Source: Chiloscyllium plagiosum
Lineage: Eukaryota
Reading direction: 5' to 3'
NCBI RefSeq assembly: GCF_004010195.1
Contig: NC_057721.1
Span: 44,781,240 to 44,841,824, forward strand
Length of the DNA: 60,585 nt
The position numbers and the translations under genes were made by a program. Below, in pieces: positions 50,660-60,585 of this stretch (position 1 is its first letter; every line of letters starts with the position of its first letter). A model generated the notes under the pieces. That model worked only from the letters and a program-made list of their open reading frames with translations, was not told the origin of the DNA and searched no databases.

Positions 50660-53600
50660 AGAGTCATAGAATCATAGAGATGTACAGCATGGAAACAGAT
50701 CCTTTGGTTCAAATCGTCCATGCCGACCAGATATCTGAACTTAATCCAGTCCCATTTGCTAGCACTTGGTACATATCTGTCTAAACCCTTGCTATTTATA
50801 TTCCCACACAGATACCTTTTAAATGTTGCAATTGCACCAGCCTCCTCTGGCAGTTTGTTCCATACATACAATACCCTTTGCCCCTTCAGTCCCTTTTAAA
50901 TCTATGCCCTCTAGTTCTGGACTCCCGCACCCCACGGAGAAGACGTTGTCTCTTTAGCCTGTCCATGCTCCTCATGAGTTTATAAACCTCTATAAGATCA
51001 GCCCTCAGTCTCCAGCGCTCCAGGGAAAACAGCACAAAACCATGTTGACTATCCCTAATCAGTCCTTGCCTTTCCAAATACATGTACTTCCTGTCCCTCA
51101 GGATTCCCTCCAACAACTTGTCCACCACTGATGTCATGCTCACTGGTCTATAACTCCCTGGGGTTTCTTAACACCTTTCTTAAAAAATGGCACCATGTTA
51201 GCCCATCTCCAGTCTTCCGGCACCTCACCTGTGACTATTGATGATATAAATATATCAGCAATGGGTCCAGTAATCACCTCCCTAGCTTTCCACAGAGTTC
51301 GAGGGTACACCTGATCTGGTCCTAGGGATTTATCCACCTTTATGCCATCCAGCACCTCCTCTTCTGTAATATAGACACTTTTCAAGATGTCACCATCTAT
51401 TTCCCCACATTCTATATCTTCCACGTCCTTCTCCACAGTGAACACTGATGCAAACTACTTGTTTATTATCTCTCCCATCTCCTGTGGTTCCACAAATAGG
51501 CCACCTTGCTGGTCTTTGAAGGGTCTTATTCTCTCCCTAGATTCCTTCTTATCCTTAATGTATTTATAAAACCCCTTTGGATTCTCTTAACCAATGTGGG
51601 CGGCACGGTGGCACAGTGGTTAGCACTGGGTGGGTTTCGCTTCGGCGGGTCGGTGTGGACTTGTTGGGCCGAAGGGCCTGTTTCCACACTGTAATGTAAT
51701 CTAATAATCTAATCTAACCCTATTTGCCAAAGTTATCTCCACTTTTTGCCCTCCTGATTTCCCTCTTAAGTATACTCCTGCTGCCTTTATATTCTTCTAA
51801 GGATTCACACGATCTCTCCTGCCTATACCTAATATATGCTTCCTTCTTTTTCTGAACCAAAACATCTATTTTTCTAGTCATCCAGCATTCCCTACACCTA
51901 CCAGCCTTTCCTTTCACCCTAACAGGAATATATTTTCTCTGGACTCTTGTTATCTCATTTTCGAAGGCTTCCCATTTTCCAGCCGTCCCTTTACCTGCGA
52001 ACATCTGCCCCCAATCAACTTTTAAAAGTTCTTGCCTAATGCTGTCAAAATTAGCCTTCCTCCAATTTAGAACTTTAACTTTTAGATCTGGTCTATCCTT
52101 TTCCATCACTATTTTAAAACTAATAGAATTATGGGTCGCTGGCCCCAAAGTGCTCCCCCACTGTCACCTCAGTCACCTGCCCTGCCTTATTTCCCAAAAG
52201 TAGGTCAAGCTTTGCACCTTCTCTAGCTGATATATCCACATACTGAATCAGAAATTTTCTTGTACATACCTCACAAATTCCTCTCCATCTAAACCTTTAA
52301 CACTGTGGCAGTCCCAGTCTATGTATGGAAAGTTAAAATCCCTGCCATAACCACCCTAATATTCTTATAGATAACTGAGATTTACAAATTTGTTTTTCAA
52401 TTTTCTGTTGATTATTGGGGGGGGGGTCTATAATACAATCCAAATAGGGTGATCATCCCATTCTTATTTCTCAGTTCCACCCAAATAATCTTCCTGGACG
52501 TTTGCTAGGAATATCCTCCCTAAGTACAGCCACAACCCTCATCAAAAATGCCATTCACTCATATCTCTCGCCACACCTTCTATTCTTCCTATAGCATTTG
52601 TCTTCTGGAACATTAAGCTACCAGTCCTGTTCATCCCGGAGCCACGTCTCTGTAATTGCTATGGTATTCCAGTCCCATTTTCCTAACCATGCCCCGAGTT
52701 CATCTGCTTTCCCCTGTTAGGCTTCTTGCATTGAAATAAATGCAGATTAATTTATCAGTCCTACCTTGTTAGATTAGATTTTTAGATTAGATTACCGACT
52801 TTTAGATTACCGACAGTGTGGAAACAGGCCCTTCGGCCCAACAAGTCCACACTGACCCTCCGAAGAGCAACCCACCCAGACCCATTTCCCTAAATGATGC
52901 ACCTAACACTATGGGCAATTTAGTATGGCCAATTCACCTAACCTGCACATCTTTGGACTGTGGGAGGAAACCGCAGCACCCGGAGAATATGCAAACTCCA
53001 CACAGACAGTTACCCAAGGCAGGAATTGAACCCAGGTCCCTGGCGATGTGAGGCAGCAGTGCTAACCATTGAGCCACTGTGCTGCCTCATGTTCTCTGCT
53101 TTGTCTCTGCCTACCGACTGTTTGACTCGCTCCTTTTCCCAACTGTACCTGTCTCAGACTGATCTCTTTCCTCACTATTTCTCTGGGTCCCACACCCCCC
53201 ACCTTACTAGTTTAATTCCTTCCAAGCAGCTCTTGCAAATCTCCCTGTCAGTATGTTAGTCCACTTCCAATTCAGGTGCAATCTGTCCTTCTTATACAAG
53301 TCACTTCTACCCTAGAAGAGATTCCAATGATTCAAAAATGTGAACCTTTCTCCCCTGCACCAGCTCCTCAGGCACACATTGATCTGCTCTATCCTTCTAT
53401 TCCTACCCACACTGGCTTGTACCACCATGAATAATTCAGATATTACTATCCTTGAGGACCTTTTTAAATTCCTGCCTAACTTCTTATATTCAGAATCTCA
53501 CCCTTTGTCCTTCCTATGTCATTAGTTCCAATGTATACAACGACCTCCTGCTGGTCCCTCTCCCCTTTGAGTATATTCTGCACTCTGTCCAAGATAGCCT

Positions 53601-54480
53601 TGATCCTGGCACCAGGGAGACAACACACCGTTCTGATTTCTCGCTATCGGTTGCAGAAACATCTGTCTGTGCCTCTGACTAAAGAGTCCCCCATCACAAT
53701 TGATCTCGTGAAAGCTGACGTACCCCTAATTACATTAGAGCCAGTCTTGGTACCAGAAACATGGCTGTTCGTGCTACATTCCCCAAAGAGTCCATCACTC
53801 CACATGTTTTCCAAAACAGCGTATCTGTTTGAGAAGCTGATAACAGCAGGAGACTCCTGCATGACCTGCCTCCCTCTCCTACCTTTCCTGGAGGTAACCC
53901 ATTTACCTGACTGTATCTGCAGTTTTTCTCCCTTCCTATAAGCCACATCCATCACACCCCCTAGCTCCTGTAAATTCCTCATTGCCTCTAACTGCCAGTC
54001 CAACTGATCCATGTAATCTGACAGGATTCACAAACAAAGATATAATAATCATACATACATAAGAATCAGTAATATGGAAATTTTCCCTAATCTCCCACAT
54101 CCAACAGGAAGAGCACATCATTCTACTAAAGGCCATCTTTTTACCTTAACAATCGACAGACCCAGAAAATAGCACAGACTTACTGCTCTAAAAAACACTG
54201 CTCCAAGATAACTCAGTATAAATGTTTTATATTTTCAAATATTAATCAAGAGACAGAGCTCAATAAAATAAATAATCAAAAAGGAGCCACTTCACTCACT
54301 ATTGCAGATTTACAAAAAAAAGACAGCTTGCTTACATTTACCATGCACTTAGCTGCTCCTATGCTGTGAGCTCTCCCACACAGATTCCTCTAAGGTTAGC
54401 TGTGATTTTGCTATTAGTTAATTTTACTTTGATTCACTCCGACGTCCAGAGATACTTGAACTCAAACAGCAAAGGCAGTA
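50660..54480 (-). mobile_element. Long CR1 LINE (ORF1, EN, partial RT, 3' tail) with two HE1 SINE insertions (about 51598-51716 + and 52770-53085 -)
   Basis: ORF1: CSSCWMWE, SNRYAVL, IVMGDSLVRGTDR. ORF2: LNWRKANFD, DKSLGPDQVYPR. Confidence 0.9.
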
Positions 54481-54728
54481 GCTGTGCAGTTCACTGCTGT
54501 GTCAGACAGCAGTGTAGGTTTCTTTCTTTCTCACGTTTTCACTGACCTTGCGGTCTCTACCTTTGTCTGTCTTCCTCCTTTTTCAAGTGCTGTTGTGTTG
54601 ATCTTTGTTTTCCCAAATTTCCAAAACAATGCAACAGCTTATAAAACAGTATCAAACCATAAATTGAAATGTCCTCATTTTTAATTCATCTTGTGCTCTT
54701 ATTTCTGTTTCTTGTTCCTATGTTGCAG

Positions 54729-54980
54729 GATAATATTTCTCTGAGCAGTGAAACTCTTCATTATGCATCTGTTCATGTCAAAACTCTTCCAAAGAGGAAA
54801 CAAAAACAGCAATTGAAAAGACCAGAGCAGGACCAGGCAACAGAATATGCCGTTCTAAAGGTCAAAGATAAAAATAATCAATTCTACAGAGATGACTCAG
54901 TTGCCAGCATTTGCCCCACATCAAACATAACGCAAACTGCTAACTACATAGGAACCACATATGCTTCTCTTAAGAAATGA
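54729..54980 (+). CDS. Gene B terminal cytoplasmic exon with ITIM/ITSM-like motifs
   Basis: Long polypyrimidine tract then tgcAG|. Reads DNISLSSETLHYASV...QATEYAVL...GTTYASLKK-TGA. AATAAA lies downstream at 55563. The exon is phase 0, so an unseen intervening exon is needed. Confidence 0.8.
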   Translation, partial: DNISLSSETLHYASVHVKTLPKRKQKQQLKRPEQDQATEYAVLKVKDKNNQFYRDDSVASICPTSNITQTANYIGTTYASLKK

Positions 54981-57386
54981 ACATTTCATATCATTTCAGA
55001 TCATTCATTTTCTCAAGGGCAATTAAGGATGCCAACAAATTGCTTAGCTTGTCAGCAACTCTAATGTCTTCCAAAGTGTGATTTGGGTGGGGAATGGTTT
55101 TGCAATTGCAAATGCATAAACAAATGTATTTTTAAAGTGGTTCCTGTGCCTCAAGTTGGACGTTGACATTCATTCTTCCTTTAGACTGAAATTAAATCAA
55201 CTATTAATCACTTAAATGGTTTGGGTATATCGTAAACAGTATGTCACAGAGTTCATAGAGATCAAACTTAAGATGACTGCTGTAATGCCTTTTGATGGTT
55301 AATTATTCCACAAACCTGTCAATTATGCTGCAATTCCCTGTATGGGTCCTTCCATTCTCCTGTTTGTATCATAAAAATTTTGGAACTTCAGACCCTTAAG
55401 GGCCCATTGTTTTATCAAAGGGTTAATTCAATGTTAAATTCCCCCCCTTGTAATTGGTGTTGAGGTAGCATACCAGCCTTTCTACTTGTTGGCTGCCAGT
55501 GAATTAAAAGGCAAGCCATCTGATGTCTGGGAGCTATTGTGTGAATTTCTGTGTCAATTTTAAATAAAAGGTCAGATTAGCCTTATTAAAGAAGTAAATA
55601 AATTTATAATTGCTTGGTCATGGTAACTTGTGAGAAAAAGATTAATGTTCCTCCATGGTTCATGGTTTCCTCTTTATCTTTGGATGATTCAGCCTTTCTG
55701 CAGAGGCTGCATACCTGTGCCAACTCCCAGTGATGGCCCCCGCAGCCCAGGCATTGCCTCAACTGGTCCCTCAGTTACAAGGAAAGTGGCCACAATCTTC
55801 ACAGAAAGGAAGCCAGAGATACAAATCAGTTGTGACCCCTTCCTCTGGGGTAAGAAGATGCGCACAATGTAGGTCTGTCTGAAAACAGAGCTGACTGGAT
55901 TGGGTCAATCAATAAGTGGGTCACTGTGGTCTGTTATATTGCATGTGGGTATTAGGTTTGACTCAAAATAAATGAATTCACTCTTTGTTTCAAAGGTATG
56001 CATGACTTCTAAAACATTATGCAAAACACCTTAAGTTTGTAAACCAACCAGTGGCTCTGACTGGTGACAGTGGAGGCTGCAGCCAGCAATCCAGCTATAT
56101 GATGATACGATTACATAAGTTTGACTGCACAATTGTCTCTCCAATGCCAGTAACTGTGTGAGATATCAATTGCCTCAACACCCATCTCTCCACTTGATGA
56201 CTTCTTTTTCAATGCAAGCAATGAGACTTTTCAGCCAGTTCAAGCAATTCAAATAAAATCCCAGCCTGTTGAATCTTATTTATTCATCATGCCACACTCA
56301 TTAGAGATGATTACTGAAGGTTTCGGATACCCAGGCACATCCCACAAAATTACATTGTGTCTAAAGTTGGGCCTTTTAACAGGGAAAAAAAACAGAAGTT
56401 TTTGGAAAGCTAAGCAGTCTGACAGCATCTGTCGAGAGAAATCAGAGTTAACATTTCTTTTGCAGCTCTTTGGGTTTTTATTTCGCCTTTTACTAGGATA
56501 TCAATGAGCAGGATTGCTGAATGAGTAGATGTGTGTCTGGTTTACCAGCTGTGTCCTTTGCTGTGTTTTACGATATAGCAGAGGGCAAAAATGGAAGAAG
56601 GCTTTTCAGCTGTGCCATTCGGCAGTTATTTTGTTTGCTCACCCACCTTAGTTACATCCTGTTTCAGGATGGGAAAATGCCAGCCTTGTTCTCTACTTTA
56701 CCCTTTATATCTTAACCATCCAATATCGGCTCTGGTCTCCTTCCCAACCTTCAATCCATCATCATCCAGAACCAACTTGACTCTGGTATGGATCTGCCTA
56801 AATTTATAGGCCACAGATCATATATTATTGTGTTAAAAAATAAAAGCTTGCATGACTTGGAGGAAATGAGAGGCCAAATTAATTTAGAACTATCTGTGGT
56901 CAGATTTTGATCATGCATTTCAGCAGAGCCATACTAACCGCGCAAGATAAACTTTCCATTCAGACTATGACTAAGGTCATATCATGGTAAAAGCTCATGT
57001 CAAGGAATGAATTAATCATGAGCAAGATTGATTACAGCAAAAACATATCCTCTGAGTAATGCTGACCCTTCACAGAGCAAACTAAAAAAAAAGTGACAAA
57101 CTGCTCAATACACACAACAATTCTTTTTAGCTTTTGGTATGTTTAACAGCCAGTTATCTTGATGGTGAAAGATAGACTAGGAGAAAGTGAGGACTGCAGA
57201 TGCTGGACATCAGAAAAATGTGTTGCTGGAAAAGTGCAGCAGGTCAGGCAGCATCCAAGGAGCAAGAGAATCGACATTTTGGGCATGAGCCCTTCTTCAG
57301 GAAGGTGTGCCAAGCAGGCTAAGATAAAAGGTAGGGAGGAGGGACTTGGGGGAGGGGTGTTGGGAATGCGATAGGTGGAAGGAGTT

Positions 57387-58222
57387 NNNNNNNNNNNNNN
57401 NNNNNNNNNNNNNNNNNNNNNNNNNNNNNNNNNNNNNNNNNNNNNNNNNNNNNNNNNNNNNNNNNNNNNNNNNNNNNNNNNNNNNNNNNNNNNNNNNNNN
57501 NNNNNNNNNNNNNNNNNNNNNNNNNNNNNNNNNNNNNNNNNNNNNNNNNNNNNNNNNNNNNNNNNNNNNNNNNNNNNNNNNNNNNNNNNNNNNNNNNNNN
57601 NNNNNNNNNNNNNNNNNNNNNNNNNNNNNNNNNNNNNNNNNNNNNNNNNNNNNNNNNNNNNNNNNNNNNNNNNNNNNNNNNNNNNNNNNNNNNNNNNNNN
57701 NNNNNNNNNNNNNNNNNNNNNNNNNNNNNNNNNNNNNNNNNNNNNNNNNNNNNNNNNNNNNNNNNNNNNNNNNNNNNNNNNNNNNNNNNNNNNNNNNNNN
57801 NNNNNNNNNNNNNNNNNNNNNNNNNNNNNNNNNNNNNNNNNNNNNNNNNNNNNNNNNNNNNNNNNNNNNNNNNNNNNNNNNNNNNNNNNNNNNNNNNNNN
57901 NNNNNNNNNNNNNNNNNNNNNNNNNNNNNNNNNNNNNNNNNNNNNNNNNNNNNNNNNNNNNNNNNNNNNNNNNNNNNNNNNNNNNNNNNNNNNNNNNNNN
58001 NNNNNNNNNNNNNNNNNNNNNNNNNNNNNNNNNNNNNNNNNNNNNNNNNNNNNNNNNNNNNNNNNNNNNNNNNNNNNNNNNNNNNNNNNNNNNNNNNNNN
58101 NNNNNNNNNNNNNNNNNNNNNNNNNNNNNNNNNNNNNNNNNNNNNNNNNNNNNNNNNNNNNNNNNNNNNNNNNNNNNNNNNNNNNNNNNNNNNNNNNNNN
58201 NNNNNNNNNNNNNNNNNNNNNN
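57387..58222. other. Assembly gap (N run)
   Basis: Run of N. Confidence 1.
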
Positions 58223-58735
58223 ACACATCATTTACTGCATCCGCTGCACCCGATGTGGCGTCCTATACATTGGGGAGACAGGCCGCCTACTTGCGGAACA
58301 TTTCAGAGAACACCTCTGGGACACCCGCACCAACCAACCCAACCGCCCCGTGGCTGAACACTTTAACTCCCCCTCCCACTCCACCAAGGACATGCAGATC
58401 CTTGGCCTCCTCCATCACCACACCATGGCAACACAACGCCTGGAGGAAGAGCGACTAATCTGCCGCCTAGGAACCCTCCAACCACAAGGGATGAATGCAG
58501 ATTTCTCCAGCTTCCTCATTTCCCCTCCCCCCACCTTTTCTCAGTCCCAACCCTCAGAGTCAGCACCACCCTCTTGACCTGCAATCTTCTTCACGATCTC
58601 TCCGCCCCCCCACTCTCTCTCCGGCCTATCACCTTCACCTTAAACTCCTTCCACCTTTCGCATTCCCAACGCCCCTCCCCCAAGTCCCTCCTCCCTACCT
58701 TTTATCTTAGCCTGCTTAGCGCACCTTTCTCATTC

Positions 58736-58763
58736 CTGAAGAAGGGCTTATGCCCGAAACGTC
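58736..58763 (+). ncRNA. Minimal hammerhead ribozyme core (PLE-associated)
   Basis: CTGAAGA-a-GGGC-ttat-GCCC-GAAAC-GTC. Confidence 0.7.
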
Positions 58764-59744
58764 GATTTTCCTGCTCCTTGGATGCTGCCTGACCTGCTGC
58801 GCTTTTCCAGCAACACACTTTTCAGTGAAAGAGAGACTACAAACATCTTAAATGTTTAAACTTATACAATTTATTCTGTAGAATCTATATAAGAGGTCTA
58901 TAGTTAGATACAAATTTCAATTTATTGCTAAACAATGAGTGCAGTTTTCTTTTCTTTTTGAATCTAAGTGTGGAAGTGGCTGAAACAGGAGGGACTTCTG
59001 CTAGGGGATGGGTTGGGATTTTGCACTTGGTTACTTAGTTGTCAAATGATTACATCAGGCGTTGGTGCTACACCACATTTTATGGGCTAAAATGTTCTAA
59101 AGCCCATTGCGACCTTACAGGCTCCAACATCCAGATGCCATGTTTAACAGGGACCCAGAAAACATTTCACTCTCTGCAACCCAAGAGCATTGATCAATCT
59201 CTGCTCATCATTCCCCACTCACCCCTGGTGATGTCAGAGACCAGGCCAAAAGGAGTACCTGGTTTAAACAATGCATCCCTAGAAGTTCTCCTGAAGGCCG
59301 ATCATAGGTGTTATTTTCCGTACAGGTGACAACAAGAGGCTGCTGCAGACGCCCGCATGTGGGAGGGTTAAGTGAAACTGGCCCCAGTGCCACAGGAGGG
59401 CAGGTACCTCTGGCCACTCAACTCTTCATGCTCCCATGAGTGTGAATTAACATTGTAAGGTTGTCACTGAAGCATAATGTTACACAGAAGCTTGGGCGCC
59501 AGGTCTCTATCAAATGTGCAATCAGTGTTTGCCATGTGTCATTGCAGCTACCCAGTGTCACAGTACTGAAATGACAGGGGCATCGCCTCTCACGTATCTG
59601 CTAGAGTTCACACTTAAAACATGAAAGGACCTGTAACACCCAGCAACTCATAGCAATGACCTTACACCACTTTGAGGAGAATTTGCACATCTCATAACCT
59701 TTCACCAAAAGCTCGCATGGGACAGTGACACAACCACAAAAGAT

Positions 59745-60585
59745 TTTTTTCCCAAAAATATACTTTATTCATAAATAATTTGATGGTCTGTACAATTGGT
59801 CATGCCATACGTATGTAAACATTTACATACAGAGATCAAAACTTATCATTTTTTCACAGGTCTGTACATATCCCCATATAATTAGCTGAGGCGTCAGCAG
59901 AGCCCAAATGACTGCATGGGCCCCCTGTTCTTCGTTAGGCAGGCAGACTTTACACAGTGGTCTTTCCCCACCGCGCCTTGGCGGCAGCTGCCCCAAGCTT
60001 CAGCGCGTCCTTCAACACGTAGTCCTGGACCTTGGAATGTGCCAGTCTGCAACACTCAGTCGGGGTCAACTCCTCCAGCTGGAAGATCAGCAGCTTTCGG
60101 ACCACCCAGAGAGCGTCCTTCACCGAGTTGATGGTCCTCCAGGCACAATTGATGTTCGTCTCGGTGTGCGTCCCGGGGAACAGATCGTAGAGCACGGAAT
60201 CGCGCGTCACGGCGCTGCTCGGGACGAACCTCGACAAACACCACTGCATTCCTCTCCAGACTTCCTCTGTATAGGCACATTCCAGAAGGAGGTGTGTGAC
60301 AGTCTCGTCCCCCCCGCAGCCGTTCGAGGGCAGCGTGCGGTGCAGGAGAGTCCGGGCGTGCATAAAGGATCTCACAGGCAGAGCCCTTCTCACCACCAGC
60401 CAAGCCATGTCTTGGTGCTTGTTGGAAAGTTCTGGCGATGAGGCATCCTGCCAAATGGCTTTGACAGTCTGCTCAGGGAACCACTCGATAGGATCCGCCC
60501 TCTCCTTTTCCCAAAGGGTCTCAAGGACACTATATGCTGACTTTTTCCTGATGGACTTGTGGTCAAAGGTATTTTTCTTCATAAA
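59745..60585 (-). mobile_element. Tx1/L1-clade LINE 3' end (ORF2 C-terminal zinc-binding region, open for 210 aa)
   Basis: LSNKHQDMAWLVVRRALPV...CGGDETVTHLLLEC...KARWGKTTV; same family as 10430-13060. Confidence 0.9.

Larger units (their letters stand above)
57180..58824. mobile_element. Penelope-like element with inverted halves spanning an assembly gap
   Basis: HIIYCIRCTRCGVLYIGETGR (GIY-YIG). TSD GTGAAAGA(T/G)AGACTA at 57165 and 58825. Confidence 0.9.

Noticed and set aside
40075-54980. Naming gene B as PDCD1, CTLA4, NCR3 or SIRPA
   Set aside because: The architecture matches none exactly: PD-1, CTLA4 and NKp30 lack a C1, SIRPa has two C1 domains, and NKp30 has a charged TM.
49540-58577. 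Long ORFs full of X
   Set aside because: Artefacts of the N gaps. The real residues belong to CR1 and Penelope fragments.
1-60585. CRISPR array or prokaryotic operon/defence system
   Set aside because: The sequence is vertebrate, with spliceosomal introns and no regularly spaced repeat-spacer array.

Overview
Repeat-rich eukaryotic genomic DNA, almost certainly from a cartilaginous fish (shark or ray). The repeat set includes HE1-type V-SINEs with TAATC tails, CR1 LINEs, Penelope-like elements carrying hammerhead-ribozyme cores, Tx1-like LINEs and Gypsy remnants, and there are two assembly gaps. Two spliced immunoglobulin-superfamily genes lie in tandem on the + strand; the ORF track shows them only as fragments. 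Gene A (CDS exons 13398-13446, 15071-15412, 16936-17223, 17979-18031; 243 aa) is a B7-family protein with leader, IgV and IgC. Its V domain is B7-H4/VTCN1-like, its C domain is butyrophilin-like, and as modelled it has no transmembrane segment. A duplicated candidate promoter/first exon carrying kB and ISRE motifs lies upstream. Gene B (exons 40075-40111, 40207-40542, 41825-42124, 47053-47157, 54729-54980) is a non-rearranging, antigen-receptor-like protein. It has a leader, a germline-joined VJ domain with a CD28/CTLA4/NKp30-like FG loop and GNGT motif, a C1-set domain, an uncharged TM and a tail with an ITIM plus two ITSM-like motifs. One small phase-correcting exon of gene B is not visible. 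The main hypothesis is that this is a linked B7-like ligand and VJ-C1 inhibitory receptor module. All family assignments were made by eye, with no database search.
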